From: an uncultured Gemmatimonadales bacterium
GTDB taxonomy: Bacteria; Gemmatimonadota; Gemmatimonadetes; Gemmatimonadales; GWC2-71-9
DNA: 64,000 bases
Direction of reading: 5' to 3'
Assembly (NCBI GenBank): GCA_963730185.1
Contig: CAVSQW010000008.1
Coordinates: 288,001-352,000 of the forward strand
A program made the position numbers and the translations under genes. Below the pieces are notes generated by a model that was not told the DNA's origin, did not search any database, and saw only the letters and a program-made list of their open reading frames with translations. This document shows positions 30,069 through 40,542 of the stretch, piece after piece (within the stretch, counting starts at the first letter, position 1; each line of letters starts with the position of its first letter).

Positions 30069-32261
30069 CTAGGGTGTCGAGGACTCCGGCAAGAGCCGGC
30101 CGAGCAGGCTCCGGAACGCGGCCGGGCTGGGGAGTGTGAACCGGGCCCGGCTGGAGCGGGCGCCGATGTGGATGGTGAAGGCGGACGGCGGGAGCGCGGC
30201 GAAGAGGTCCTCGTCGGTGCGGTCGTCACCCGCGGCGAGGATCGCCGAGTCGGGCGCCATCTCGGCCACGACCCGCTGGGCCACGTCGGCCTTGCTCACG
30301 CCTTGGGGGCGAAGCTCGATCACGTGGTTGCCGAAGAGGACGTCGACCGGCAGGTTGCCGGCCAGGTGGAGCAGGTAGAGACCGAGCTCGTTGGCGTGCC
30401 GGGCCCCGATGTCGGGGTCGGCGGCGCGCCAGTGCCAGCCCAGCCCCAGCTCCTTCCGTTCCACGAACGCTCCCGGGGTGCGGGAGGCGAACTCCTCCAG
30501 CACCGGCTCCAGGACGTCGCGCCATTCCAGCGCGAACGGCATCAGCGGTTGCCAGTTGGAGTCGCCCCGGCGGCGAGTCCAACCCCCGTGTTCGGCATGG
30601 AGGTGGACCGGCAGGTCGCCGAGCCACCGGCCGAGAAACGCCCGGGACCGGCCGCTCACGATGTGGACGTCGGTCCGGGGCCGGGTGCCGAGTCGCTCGA
30701 GCAGCGAGGTGAGGGCGCTGTCGGGGACGGCCTGCTCGGGGTCGAGGTGAAAGCCCACCAGGGTGCCGTCGTAGTCGAGCAGGAGGACCAGCCGGGGCGT
30801 CTGGACCAGCTCGGTGACGGCCCGGACCAGGCCTTCGGGGTCCTCCGCGACGGCCGGCGGATTCCGGTGGTGGGCGGCGTGCTCCAGCGCCTCGAGGAAG
30901 TCGCGCACCCACCAGTGGACGTCGTGGTCGGCCACCCGGGTCCGGAGCGAGCGCATCCGGCGGCGGCGTTCGTCCCGGTCCATGGTCAGCGCCTCGTGGT
31001 AGCGCTCGGCGCAGGCCTCCAGCTCGTACGGGTTGATCAGGACCGCCTCCACCAGCTCGGCCGCCGCGCCGGCAAATTCGCTCAGGACGAGCACGCCGTC
31101 CTCGTCGGAACGGGCGGCCACGTACTCCTTGGCCACCAGGTTCATCCCGTCCCGGATCGGTGTCACCAGCATCACGTCAGCGGCCCGATAGAGCGCGATC
31201 ACCTCGTGCTGAGGCAGGCCGCGGTACATGTAGTGAACCGGCGTCCAGGTGGGGGTGGCGAAGGCTCCGTTGATCCGGCCGATCAGCATGTCGATCTGGC
31301 GGCGGAAGTCCTGATAGGCGTCGACGTCCTCGCGGGACGGCACCACCAGGGTCACCAGCCGTACCTTGCCGCGGAGGTCGGGGTAGCGGGTCAGCATCCG
31401 CTCGAAGGCGAGCAGCCGCCGGGGCAATCCCTTGGTATAGTCGAGCCGGTCGATCCCGAGCATGAACCGGCCGCTGTCCCCGCCACGATGCTCCCGCACG
31501 GCGGCCTCCACCTCGGGGAGCTCGGCGATCCTGGTGATCTCGGCGGCGTCGACCCCCATCGGGTGGGCCAGCAGCTTGCAGGTCCGGCTCCCGAGTCGGA
31601 CCTCGTCGACCTCCGTGGGACGGCCGGCGACGCGGAGCGCCGCGCGGGAGAAATGGTGGACGTAGCTCGACGTGTGGAACCCGATCAGGTCGGCGCCCAG
31701 CATCCCCTCGATCAGGTCGCGGCTCCCCGGAACGGTCTGGAACATCTCCGCCGCCGGGAAGGGAATGTGGAGGAAGAATCCGATGGTGGCGGCCGGGAGG
31801 CGGGCCCGGAGGAGGGCGGGGACCAGGAGCAGGTGGAAGTCGTTCACCCAGATGGTGTCGCCCGGCTCCCAGTAGTCGGCGACCCGGTCGGCGAAGAGCC
31901 GGTTCACCTCCTGGTACACCTCCCAGTCGTCGGTGGCGAGGGGGAGCTGCCCCGTCAGGTAGTGGAACACCGGCCAGATCACCCCGTTGGCGAAGCCAGC
32001 GTAGTAGCGGTCGACCTGCTCCCGGGTCAGGTGGACCCCGACCAGGCGCTCCTCCTCGAGTCGGTCGTCGAGCTCGTCGCGGGTGGGCCCCAGCTCCTCC
32101 AACGAGAGCCCCGGCCAGCCGATCCAGAGGCCGTTGGAGTCCCGGTGCGGCGCGCTGAGCCCGGTGGCCAGGCCGCCGCTGCTCCGGTCCAGGGTAAATC
32201 CCGGGTCCTTGATCCGGACCGTGATCGGGAGCCGGTTGGAGACGATCAGCAAGCGCCCCAC
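30069..32261 (-). CDS. otsAB: Bifunctional trehalose-6-phosphate synthase/phosphatase (OtsA-OtsB fusion)
   Basis: [39 protein letters not shown], then HAD motifs LDYDGTL and [13 protein letters not shown] start. Confidence 0.93.
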   Translation of the reverse strand: MGRLLIVSNRLPITVRIKDPGFTLDRSSGGLATGLSAPHRDSNGLWIGWPGLSLEELGPTRDELDDRLEEERLVGVHLTREQVDRYYAGFANGVIWPVFHYLTGQLPLATDDWEVYQEVNRLFADRVADYWEPGDTIWVNDFHLLLVPALLRARLPAATIGFFLHIPFPAAEMFQTVPGSRDLIEGMLGADLIGFHTSSYVHHFSRAALRVAGRPTEVDEVRLGSRTCKLLAHPMGVDAAEITRIAELPEVEAAVREHRGGDSGRFMLGIDRLDYTKGLPRRLLAFERMLTRYPDLRGKVRLVTLVVPSREDVDAYQDFRRQIDMLIGRINGAFATPTWTPVHYMYRGLPQHEVIALYRAADVMLVTPIRDGMNLVAKEYVAARSDEDGVLVLSEFAGAAAELVEAVLINPYELEACAERYHEALTMDRDERRRRMRSLRTRVADHDVHWWVRDFLEALEHAAHHRNPPAVAEDPEGLVRAVTELVQTPRLVLLLDYDGTLVGFHLDPEQAVPDSALTSLLERLGTRPRTDVHIVSGRSRAFLGRWLGDLPVHLHAEHGGWTRRRGDSNWQPLMPFALEWRDVLEPVLEEFASRTPGAFVERKELGLGWHWRAADPDIGARHANELGLYLLHLAGNLPVDVLFGNHVIELRPQGVSKADVAQRVVAEMAPDSAILAAGDDRTDEDLFAALPPSAFTIHIGARSSRARFTLPSPAAFRSLLGRLLPESSTP

Positions 32262-32263
32262 GG

Positions 32264-34150
32264 TCAGACCCAGGCCCGGACCCGGCCGTCCCGGGCTTCC
32301 AGCAGCTCGCCGATGGTCATGGCGGCATGAACCAGACCCACGTGGGTGTAGGCCTGCGGGAAGTTGCCCAGGAGGGCACCGGTCTCCGGGTCGACGTCTT
32401 CCGAAAAGAGGCCGACCGGGTTGGCGTAGTGGAGCAGCCGGTTGAACGCCTCGATGGCGTCCTCCAGCCGGCCGGTCAGCGCGAGGGCCTCGGCATACCA
32501 GAAGGAGCAGATCGTGAAGGCGCTGGTCGGGACGCCCACGTCGTCGGCGTTGAGATAGCGGAAGGTCAGCCCGTGGCGAACCAGGCTCCGCTCGTAGTGG
32601 GCCACGGTGGTGACGAAGCGGGGATCGCGGGCGTCGACGATGCCGATGGTGGGAAGGAGCAGATTCGAGGCATCGGCGTTGGTGCCGTCCAAGGCCTGGG
32701 TGAAGCAACCTTCGCTGGCGGAGTAGCCCCGCTGGAGGACCGTTTCCCGCTCGGCCTCCGCACACCGCTCCCAGCGCTCGGCATCGGACTTGAAGCCGAG
32801 CCGGCGGGCGAGCTTCGCGCCCCGGTGCATCGCGACCCAACACATGGCTCGACTGAAGGTATGGTGACGGAGCATGCTCCGTAACTCCCAGATCCCGGTG
32901 TCCGGGGTCGGGGCGCGCTCGATCGCGAGCTCCACCAGGTGCTTGACCAGCGGGTAGTACGACTCGGGCGCCTCGTGGACCACCCGGGGGTCGGTGAGCA
33001 TGGTGTCGAGGCAAAGGATGACCTCGCCCATCAGGTCGTGCTGGGACTGGTTGACGGCCGCGTTGCCGATTCGCACGTGCCCGTTGCCGCCGAAGCCGGC
33101 CAGGTGGGGCAGCATCTCCTCCTGGAGGTCCCGCTCGCCGGCGATCCCGTAGAGCGGCTGGAGCGGTCCCGACTCCACCACGTCGCGGATGTACCGGATC
33201 AGGTGCTCGCCTTCGTTGAGGTGGCTCAGCCGCCGGAGCGCCTCGGCCACGAAGGCGGCGTCGCGGAGCCAGCAGTAGCGGTAGTCCCAGGTTCGCTCGG
33301 TGCCCATCGCCTCGGGGATGCTGGTGGTGGCCGCGGCGATGATCGCCCCGGTGTCCTGCGAGGCGTGGAGCTTGAGGCAGAGCGCCGAGCGGAGCACCGC
33401 GTGCTCAGCGAAGGTCGGCAGCGCGCAGGTCCGGGCCCACTGCCGCCAGCCGGCGACGGTTACGTCGAGGTCGTGGGTGACCGTCGCCAGGGTGGCCGGC
33501 GCGGGCCGGGGCCCGTAGTGCATCGAGACGAAGATCGGATCGGTCAGGGTGAACTCCTGACGGTTGGCCAGATATTCGGCCGGCAGGTTGGTCGCCACGT
33601 GAATCGAGGCCCCGGCGCCGTGGAGGACCATCCCTTCGCCCACCGGCTGCCAGGTGGCCTCCCGCCGGGCATAGTCCGGCCGGGCGTCGAGCTCGAGCGT
33701 GATCCGGGGATGGCCCGCCAGGGGGCGGATCAGCCGGATGCACTCCACCGGACAGGCCGCGGTCAGGCCCTCGGGAAGCCGCGGGGCGAAGTCGATCACC
33801 TCCCAGGCCAGCTCGTCGCGCTGGAACCGGACCCGAGTGACGTTGGTGTTTCGGAGGTAGTCGAGCTCGCCCCGGATCTCCTCACCTCCGGCCAGCACCC
33901 GGAAGGTCCCCCCCCGGCGAGCGTCGAGGATCCGGGCGAACACCGAGGGCGAATCGAACCGTGGCAGGCAGAGCCAGTCGATCGACGCGGAGGGCGAGAC
34001 CAGGCCCAGGACTCGCCCGTTGCCGAAGGCCGCGTAGTCGAGCGGCGCCGGCCGGAGCTTGCTCCGCTCTCCGGTCCCGTTCGGCGTCCGCCGCCCTCGT
34101 CCCCTCCCGTCCCCCCCCGTCTCTCCTTCCCCCTTGGCCGTTTCACCCAT
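32264..34150 (-). CDS. Glycoside hydrolase family 15 (trehalase/glucoamylase-like)
   Basis: WLCLPRFDSPSVF, AAATTSIPE, WDYRYCWLRD, GIWELR, LFSED...GNFPQAYTH. Low-complexity N-terminus makes the start uncertain. Confidence 0.92.
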   Translation of the reverse strand: MGETAKGEGETGGDGRGRGRRTPNGTGERSKLRPAPLDYAAFGNGRVLGLVSPSASIDWLCLPRFDSPSVFARILDARRGGTFRVLAGGEEIRGELDYLRNTNVTRVRFQRDELAWEVIDFAPRLPEGLTAACPVECIRLIRPLAGHPRITLELDARPDYARREATWQPVGEGMVLHGAGASIHVATNLPAEYLANRQEFTLTDPIFVSMHYGPRPAPATLATVTHDLDVTVAGWRQWARTCALPTFAEHAVLRSALCLKLHASQDTGAIIAAATTSIPEAMGTERTWDYRYCWLRDAAFVAEALRRLSHLNEGEHLIRYIRDVVESGPLQPLYGIAGERDLQEEMLPHLAGFGGNGHVRIGNAAVNQSQHDLMGEVILCLDTMLTDPRVVHEAPESYYPLVKHLVELAIERAPTPDTGIWELRSMLRHHTFSRAMCWVAMHRGAKLARRLGFKSDAERWERCAEAERETVLQRGYSASEGCFTQALDGTNADASNLLLPTIGIVDARDPRFVTTVAHYERSLVRHGLTFRYLNADDVGVPTSAFTICSFWYAEALALTGRLEDAIEAFNRLLHYANPVGLFSEDVDPETGALLGNFPQAYTHVGLVHAAMTIGELLEARDGRVRAWV

Positions 34151-34841
34151 AGGTCACGCCCGGGTAGAGCAGGTTCACGACCAAGAGGAAGATCGGATTG
34201 ATGATCTGATCGAAGAGCTGCCAGGCGACGAGCAGCCCGATCCAGGCGAGCGCCGGCCGTCCCCAGATGAATTGCTGATAGCGGGCCGTGGCCCGGTCGC
34301 TCAGCAGGAGCGGGACCGCGCCCGAGCCGTCGAGTGGTGGGAGCGGCAGCAGGTTGAGCGCTCCCAGGAGGAGGTTGAGGCAGAGGAAGACGCTCACCAG
34401 AAACGCCACCCCCTCCCAGGCGCCGCCGTGCGCCCCGACGATGTGTCCGAAGCGGATCGACGAGGGTGGGAAGAACACCCCGGCCGCGACCCCGATCCGG
34501 ATCGCCGCGAAGGAGATCAGGGCCAGCAGGAGGTTCGACGCTGGCCCGGCCAGGGCCATCAGCGCGGCCCGCTTGGGATGGCGCATGGCCCATTGTGGAT
34601 CGTAAGGCGCGCTGGCGAATCCAAACGGCCAGCCCGAGAGGACCACGCTGATCAGCGGCAGCACCACCATGCCGAACGGCTCCCGGCGGATGTGCGGGCG
34701 CGGATCGAGCGAGACCTGGCCGCCTCGGTAGGCGGTCAGGTCACCGCCCCGCTTGGCGGCCCAGGCGTGGGCCGCCTCGTGCAGGGTGGTGGAGAAGAGG
34801 AATACGATGTAGTAGACCAGCCCGCTCGCAAGATCTGGCAT
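34143..34841 (-). CDS. Site-2 protease (peptidase M50)
   Basis: HEAAH, AGPASN, NLLPLPPLDG. Confidence 0.92.
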   Translation of the reverse strand: MPDLASGLVYYIVFLFSTTLHEAAHAWAAKRGGDLTAYRGGQVSLDPRPHIRREPFGMVVLPLISVVLSGWPFGFASAPYDPQWAMRHPKRAALMALAGPASNLLLALISFAAIRIGVAAGVFFPPSSIRFGHIVGAHGGAWEGVAFLVSVFLCLNLLLGALNLLPLPPLDGSGAVPLLLSDRATARYQQFIWGRPALAWIGLLVAWQLFDQIINPIFLLVVNLLYPGVTYG

Positions 34842-34957
34842 GGCATGGGGTTGGGGTCACGGTGTCAGGGTACCGGGATCCCAGCGAAGATGGGGGGGCG
34901 GCGAGGGCAGGGGAAGGGAGCGGTGGGCGGGCCGGACCTGGCCTGCCCGTCCGTCGG

Positions 34958-35389
34958 CTACCTCAGGAGAGCGCCAGGACCGCCAGCGTCGCGATGATCG
35001 GGCCGGGCGACCCCGAAGGCAAGGGTCACGGCGGGCGCGCTGGTCGCATGTCCCGAGGGGAACGAAAATCGGTCGGGGTCGGCGATCAGCCGGGTTCCCG
35101 GCGAGGTGGAGGACGGGCGGGCCCGATGCACGAACTGCTTGACCACCTGGACCGCCAGGTGCGAAAGGACCAGCGCCGCGCCGGCTCGGATGCCGGCCGA
35201 CCGGGAGGCGCCGCCCAAGGCGGTGGGGATCAGGACGCTGACGATCGTCACCACCGCACTCCCGAGCCGGGTGATCGCGGTCCAGAGCCGGCGGACCGGC
35301 GCAGCGCCCTCGGTGGTGAGGGCCAGCCGCTCGAGCCAGCCCTGGTCGAGCAGGTTGTGACGGGTCAGTAGAACGGGCAGCGGCCGCAT
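34958..35389 (-). pseudogene. PAP2-family phosphatase, apparently internally deleted or frameshifted
   Basis: Motif 1 KQFVHRARP and motif 2 SFPSGH are present; motif 3 (SRxxxxxH) is absent. A hydrophobic tail IIATLAVLALS* lies in another frame ending at 34963. Confidence 0.6.
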
Positions 35390-35743
35390 GGCACCACTCG
35401 GTCGAAGACGCGTCCAACGACCTCGGCCCGGCGCTTGGCCGACGGGGCGCGACGGCGCGAGGTTCGGGGCTCGCTCGAGTATGCGATCGACGTGTGGGCT
35501 TTGGGCTTCGGCTGGGACGCGGAGCTGGACCGGCTCGACGCGAGCTACCGCCGGCTGCTCACGCCAGCGGCCTCGAGCGAGCCGGCATCCCGGCTGGCGG
35601 CTGTGGCGGGCTGAACCGGCGGCCTCGTCGTCGCCGGCGATCGTCGCGAGCTCGGGCGGGACCAACGATCCGGCCCGCCGGGTGGGCCGCCCGGCGGGTC
35701 TGGTCGCGGAGAGGGACGGACCGACGGGGGGCGGGCCTCCGGG

Positions 35744-36709
35744 CTACCGCGCCGGCGGCGGGGTGGGCCGAGCCCCGCCCTCCGGGGTCGCGATCCGGCG
35801 GGTGTCCGGTTCCGCGCTCGCCGCCGGCTGTCCGAGCATTGTCGACCCGCCCACCAGGCCCATCAGCGACGGCGCGTTCAGGGAATCCGCCAACCCCGAG
35901 GGGACCACCATCAGCGAGCCGCGCTTGACGATGCTCTCGTAGAGCATGTTCATGGCCCGGAGGGTCATCGCCTCGGGATGGTCGCGGTAGGCGGCGGCCG
36001 CCTCGACGAACTTGTGGGCGATCTCCGTCTCGGCGGTGCCCAGGATGATCCGGGCCTGGCGCTCCCGCTCGGCCTGTGCCTGGCGGGACATCGCGTCCTC
36101 GAGTGCGGCGGGGATGATCACGTCGCGGATCTCGACCGACTGCACGTCGATCCCCCAGTTCGCCATCTTGTTTTCGAGCGCCACCCGGAGCCCGTGGCCC
36201 AGCTCCACCCGGGACTGGATCAGCTCGGCCAGGTCGTGCTTGCCGATGGCGTCCCGGAGGGCGGTCTGGGCCGAGAGGATCACGGCCTCGTCGTAGTCCT
36301 GGACTTCGAGGGCGGCCCGTTCCGCGTCGCGGACGATCCAGAACGCGATCGCATCGACGTTGACCGGGACGGTGTCCCGGGTCAGGCAGGACTCGGCCCC
36401 GAACGCCGCGGTCCGGATCCGGGTGTCGACGTGATACGAGACCCGGTCGAGGATCGGGAAGACGGCGAAGTAGCCGGGGCCTCGGAGCCCCCGATAGCGG
36501 CCCAGCCGGAGCAGGACGGCCCGCTCCCACTGGTCGGTGTACTTGATCGAGGCCATCAGGAAGAGCCCGACGGCGAGCCCGCCCGCAGCCACGATCGGTG
36601 CGGGCAGGCCGAGCAAGTAGAGCCCGCCCGCGACCCCGGCGCCCCCGATCAGCCCCGCCGCGATCGCGGCAAAGGAGTATCGGGTGTCGGTCGGCGTGTG
36701 TTTGGTCAT
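35744..36709 (-). CDS. SPFH/band 7 (slipin/stomatin) family protein
   Basis: N-terminal TM, WERAVLLRLG, LTRDTVPVNVDA, AQTALRDAIG, AMSRQAQAERERQARII. Confidence 0.93.
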   Translation of the reverse strand: MTKHTPTDTRYSFAAIAAGLIGGAGVAGGLYLLGLPAPIVAAGGLAVGLFLMASIKYTDQWERAVLLRLGRYRGLRGPGYFAVFPILDRVSYHVDTRIRTAAFGAESCLTRDTVPVNVDAIAFWIVRDAERAALEVQDYDEAVILSAQTALRDAIGKHDLAELIQSRVELGHGLRVALENKMANWGIDVQSVEIRDVIIPAALEDAMSRQAQAERERQARIILGTAETEIAHKFVEAAAAYRDHPEAMTLRAMNMLYESIVKRGSLMVVPSGLADSLNAPSLMGLVGGSTMLGQPAASAEPDTRRIATPEGGARPTPPPAR

Positions 36710-36754
36710 GGTTCCCTCTCCGTTCAGGAATACCGGCTGAATGTGGGTCGTCGC

Positions 36755-38041
36755 CTAACGAGTTCGGGCCGGCCGGATCGACTCGCGCCGGGGCCGGGTG
36801 CTCCGGGGCCGGATCAGGTGCGAGGGCGGCGGTTCCCGGTCAGGCACGCGGGCCAGCCCCATCTCGATCGGGAGCGCCACCTTCACCAGGACGGTCAGGA
36901 CCAGGAGCCCCAACGCCCAGACGCCGGCGGTGACCCCGAGCTCCGCCGGCGAGGGCCGGTACTCGACGATCTCGCCGAGGGGCGATGGGATGAAGCCGGG
37001 GATCACCAGCCCGATACCTTTCTCGATCCAGATCCCGATGAAGAGGAGCACGCACGCCGGGAGGAGCAGCCGCGGATTGCGCCGAATCGGGTGCACGGTC
37101 AACGCGAGCGTGGCGCCCAGGTTGAGCCCGATCCCGGTCCAGATCCAGGGCCGGAGCGCCGAGTGTCCGTCCAGGCCGAAGAAGAGGTACCAGGCGCTCA
37201 GTCCGTGGTGGGTCGGCCAGTAGAACTCATAGAAGAGCTCCGAGCCGAGCATCACCAGGTTGATCTGGGCGGCCACGGTGGTGATCAGGGCCAGCTTGGC
37301 AAAGGCGCCCTCGCCGATCTGATAGCCGGTCTGGCGCTGAATGACCGAGAGCAGGACGATCACGAACGCGGGCCCGGCCGTGAAGGCCGAGGCGAGGAAA
37401 CGGGGGCCTAGAAGGGCGGTGTTCCAGAAGGGCCGGGCCGGGAGCCCCGCGAGGAGGAACGCGGTCACCAGGTGAATGCTCACCGCCCACATGACCGCCA
37501 GGTACATCCAGGGCAGGTATTTGCGCTTCTCCGGCTTCCGGCCGCCGAAGTGGCTGTAGAGGATGTAGAACGGGATCGCCAGGTTGAGGGCGAGATACCC
37601 GTTCAGCACGATCACGTCCCAGGAAAGCATCGAGCGGGGCCAGTTGAGGAACCCGAGGCCCGGGACGAGATGCCAGCTGGCCAGCGGGTTACCGATGTCG
37701 ACCACCACGAAGAGCAGGCACATCACCAGGGCCGAGACCGCCACGCCTTCCGCGATCAGCACCGCCCGGCCGAAATCCACGTCCTCGAAGACGTAGGCCG
37801 GGAGGACCAGCATCATTGCCGCGGCCGCGAGGCCGACCAGGAAGGTGAAGTTCGAGATGTAGAGTCCCCAGCTCACGTGATCGTTCATGCCCGTCACGCT
37901 CAAGCCGTAGCGGAGCTGGAGGGAGTAGCAGTAGGCGCCGGTCAGGATGATCGCGGTCAGGACGCCCATCCAGACGTGGTAGCGGCGTCCCCCGGTGGTG
38001 GCGGAGCGCAGCGCGGTGGTCACGAAGGCCTTGAGATACAC
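36755..38041 (-). CDS. NrfD/PsrC/DsrP-family membrane anchor (quinone-interacting)
   Basis: WGLYISNFTFLVGLAAA, DIGNP, SMLSWD, HLVTAFL, RPFWNT; about 10 TM segments. Confidence 0.9.
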   Translation of the reverse strand: MYLKAFVTTALRSATTGGRRYHVWMGVLTAIILTGAYCYSLQLRYGLSVTGMNDHVSWGLYISNFTFLVGLAAAAMMLVLPAYVFEDVDFGRAVLIAEGVAVSALVMCLLFVVVDIGNPLASWHLVPGLGFLNWPRSMLSWDVIVLNGYLALNLAIPFYILYSHFGGRKPEKRKYLPWMYLAVMWAVSIHLVTAFLLAGLPARPFWNTALLGPRFLASAFTAGPAFVIVLLSVIQRQTGYQIGEGAFAKLALITTVAAQINLVMLGSELFYEFYWPTHHGLSAWYLFFGLDGHSALRPWIWTGIGLNLGATLALTVHPIRRNPRLLLPACVLLFIGIWIEKGIGLVIPGFIPSPLGEIVEYRPSPAELGVTAGVWALGLLVLTVLVKVALPIEMGLARVPDREPPPSHLIRPRSTRPRRESIRPARTR

Positions 38042-38048
38042 GGTCGCC

Positions 38049-39026
38049 TCAGTCGGAGAAGTACCAGAACCGCGGTTCCGTGCCGAGATCTTCCTTCAAT
38101 CGGAAGATCTTCTTGTTCGCCAGCACCCAACGAATCTCCGAATCGGGGTCGAGCAGGTTGCCGAACACCCGGGCCCCGGTGGGGCAGGCTTCGGCGCACG
38201 CCGGGAGCCGCCCTTGCCGGGTGCGGTGGATGCAGAAGGTGCATTTCTCCACCACGCCCATCTTCCGGGCCCGGTTGCCGAGGTAGTGCTGATTGGTGTT
38301 CACCTCGTTCACGGGCACCTTGGGCTCGGCCCAGTTGAAGCGCCGGGCCCAATAGGGGCAGGCCGCCATGCAGTACCGGCACCCGATGCACCAGTCGTAG
38401 TCGATCACCACGATGCCGTCCGGCTCCTGCCAGGTGGCCCCCACCGGGCAGACCCGGGTGCAGGGCGGATCGGCGCATTGGAAGCACTGGGTTCCGAGAT
38501 AGAAGTGCCCTTCGGCGGGGACCTCGTGCTGGAAGGTCGCGTCGGCGTGATCGAGGTTCACCTCGCCCTCGGACATCTCGAAGATCCGGATGTACATGGT
38601 GTCGGCGTCGCGATCGAGGTTGTTCTCGTTGATGCAGGCCTCGACGCAGTTCCGGAACCCCTGGCACTTCGAGATGTTGAAGGCGTAGCCGAAGAGCACG
38701 CCGGGTTGAGCTTCGGTCGACTGGATTCGGACCTCGAGCCCCTCCCGCAGCTTGGCCAAGCGCTCCAGCCGGGCGATGGTGTCGGTCCGCTCGCCCTCGG
38801 TCATGAACCGGTAGTTGCCCTTGATGTACTCCTGCCAGGCCAGCCGCTTGATCTCCCGCTCTTCGGGTGGGCCGGCGGCCAGGGGCCGGCAGGCGTTGAG
38901 GGCCTGGGCCCCGGCGGCGAGCCCGCCCGCCAGCAGGGACAAAGCCCGGCGCCGGTCGACCGGCTTCTCGAGCAGGGTGCTCGGCTCGGGGGGCGTGCCG
39001 CCCCGATCGGCTCGGTCGGTGCTCAT
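38049..39026 (-). CDS. NrfC/DsrO-like 4Fe-4S dicluster protein with twin-arginine-like leader
   Basis: DRRRALSL leader; CQGFRNCVEAC, CFQCADPPCTRVCP, CIGCRYCMAACP, CTFC...ACAEACP. Confidence 0.9.
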   Translation of the reverse strand: MSTDRADRGGTPPEPSTLLEKPVDRRRALSLLAGGLAAGAQALNACRPLAAGPPEEREIKRLAWQEYIKGNYRFMTEGERTDTIARLERLAKLREGLEVRIQSTEAQPGVLFGYAFNISKCQGFRNCVEACINENNLDRDADTMYIRIFEMSEGEVNLDHADATFQHEVPAEGHFYLGTQCFQCADPPCTRVCPVGATWQEPDGIVVIDYDWCIGCRYCMAACPYWARRFNWAEPKVPVNEVNTNQHYLGNRARKMGVVEKCTFCIHRTRQGRLPACAEACPTGARVFGNLLDPDSEIRWVLANKKIFRLKEDLGTEPRFWYFSD

Positions 39027-39736
39027 GGCTCGGGCCTTTGGCGTGGCTCCAGCTCCGGCGCTCGGAAGGGAATCCGAGGCTCGACGGCCGGCGAATGGGG
39101 GTTGTGGCAGTCACTGCAGCCCATCACCACCCGCCGGCCCTGCCAGCCGTCGAGCCGCTTGCCGTGGGCACCGTGGGCCCAGGCCCGAACCTGCGCGAAG
39201 TGGCACTGGGCGCAGAGGCGGTAGGCGTGGTCCAGCGGCGGCCGCTCGCCGTTGAGCAGAGCCAACCGCTCGACGTTCTCGCGGGAGTGGCAGGTGGAGC
39301 ACACCGCACCGGTCGCCTTGGGGTGGACCGGCTGGATGTTCTGGTGGGCGTCGGGTACCCGCTTGGCGGCCATGGCCAATCGAGTGCCGGCGTGGCACGA
39401 GCTACAGGGGTACTGGGTCAAGGCCGGCGATTGCCGGAGTGTGATCGGGAGGGTGATGGTGCCGAACCGCCGGGCGTGTCCCGCCCGGGCCTCGGCGCTC
39501 CGGAGCGCGACCTCGAACGGACGCCCGACGTAGGTCGGCCCGAGGTTCACGGGCTCGGAGGCCACCGTGTGGAGGGCCCCCGGCTCCCGGGTGGCGTAGC
39601 GGCCGGTATCGACGGCCATCGTGTCGGGCCCGAGGGCCGGCTCGGCCGGGACCTCGTTCGGGGTCCGGCCGCTCCGAGAGCAGCCAACGGTCAGGAGGGC
39701 CAGTCCGGTCCAGGCGGCCCGGTGAAGCATCGTCAT
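39023..39736 (-). CDS. Tetraheme cytochrome c, probable lipoprotein
   Basis: LTVGC lipobox-like sequence; CSSCH, CSTCH, CAQCH, CSDCH. Start at MTMLHR. Confidence 0.85.
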   Translation of the reverse strand: MTMLHRAAWTGLALLTVGCSRSGRTPNEVPAEPALGPDTMAVDTGRYATREPGALHTVASEPVNLGPTYVGRPFEVALRSAEARAGHARRFGTITLPITLRQSPALTQYPCSSCHAGTRLAMAAKRVPDAHQNIQPVHPKATGAVCSTCHSRENVERLALLNGERPPLDHAYRLCAQCHFAQVRAWAHGAHGKRLDGWQGRRVVMGCSDCHNPHSPAVEPRIPFRAPELEPRQRPEP

Positions 39737-40542
39737 CGGGTGGCCTCGACCCGGTCGTCGGTGGTGGCCGGCCGGGCGAATGCCGGCGGATCGGCACTGA
39801 TCGCCACGTGACAGTCCCGGCAGGCCGCCCGGTCGGGATGGGTCGTCCGGATCTCCTGCACCGCGGCCGGCCCGGCGTGACAGGCGAGACAGTTGCCCCG
39901 GATCTGGAGGTCGTGCGGAATCCACGGCGGGTTCTCTCCCGGGGTGATCGGTTGGAGCGCCGGCCAGACCGTCGTGTTCCACTCGGACGGCGGGTTGGCG
40001 CGAGGATTATTGGGGTCGTGGCACTGCTTGCAGATGGTGTTGGGGTCGATGCTCGGGAGCGTGACGCCGGTGATGCCGTCGACGCCGACGTGGCATTGCA
40101 GGCACGGGCCCATCTGGGGGTGCGGCGTCACCGGCACGTAGGCCCCGAACCGGGGGGAGTAGCCGCCGCGCTCGTGACAGGTGGTGCAGGCGCCGCTTCG
40201 AAACTCTTCGCCGGTCAGACCGTGGGGAATCTGGGGCGGCGCCCCGGGGTAGGCGCGGCGGGTCCGGTAGATGTGAAGCGTGCGCGGCTTGGCGGGCCGG
40301 CGGGCGACGTCAAACTTCCAGATCGCGAGGGTCTTGGGGCCGGTGCGAAAGACGTCGGCCTCACTGGTGATCGGGTGCTCGGGCGGGGTGAGGAGGGCCA
40401 CCGCCGTGTCAGGCTCGCTCGGGGGCCGGGCCGCGAGGGCCCGCTGCGCGAAGATCACCCCGGCGGCCGCGGCGGTTGCGGCGGATCCGAGCATCGCCAG
40501 GCCGAAGAGCACGCCGCCGGTGGTCCAGCCCCGGACGCTCAC
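39733..40542 (-). CDS. Pentaheme NapB-like cytochrome c (internally duplicated NapB module)
   Basis: GAPPQIPH-CTTCH-CLQCH, CKQCH, then PPWIPH-CLACH-CRDCH; N-terminal hydrophobic segment. GTGA overlap with the upstream gene. Confidence 0.82.
   Translation of the reverse strand: MSVRGWTTGGVLFGLAMLGSAATAAAAGVIFAQRALAARPPSEPDTAVALLTPPEHPITSEADVFRTGPKTLAIWKFDVARRPAKPRTLHIYRTRRAYPGAPPQIPHGLTGEEFRSGACTTCHERGGYSPRFGAYVPVTPHPQMGPCLQCHVGVDGITGVTLPSIDPNTICKQCHDPNNPRANPPSEWNTTVWPALQPITPGENPPWIPHDLQIRGNCLACHAGPAAVQEIRTTHPDRAACRDCHVAISADPPAFARPATTDDRVEATR

Noticed and set aside
36755..39026. dsrOP as evidence of sulfate or sulfite respiration
   Set aside because: No dsrAB or dsrMKJ in the window; NrfC/NrfD-family modules are generic.
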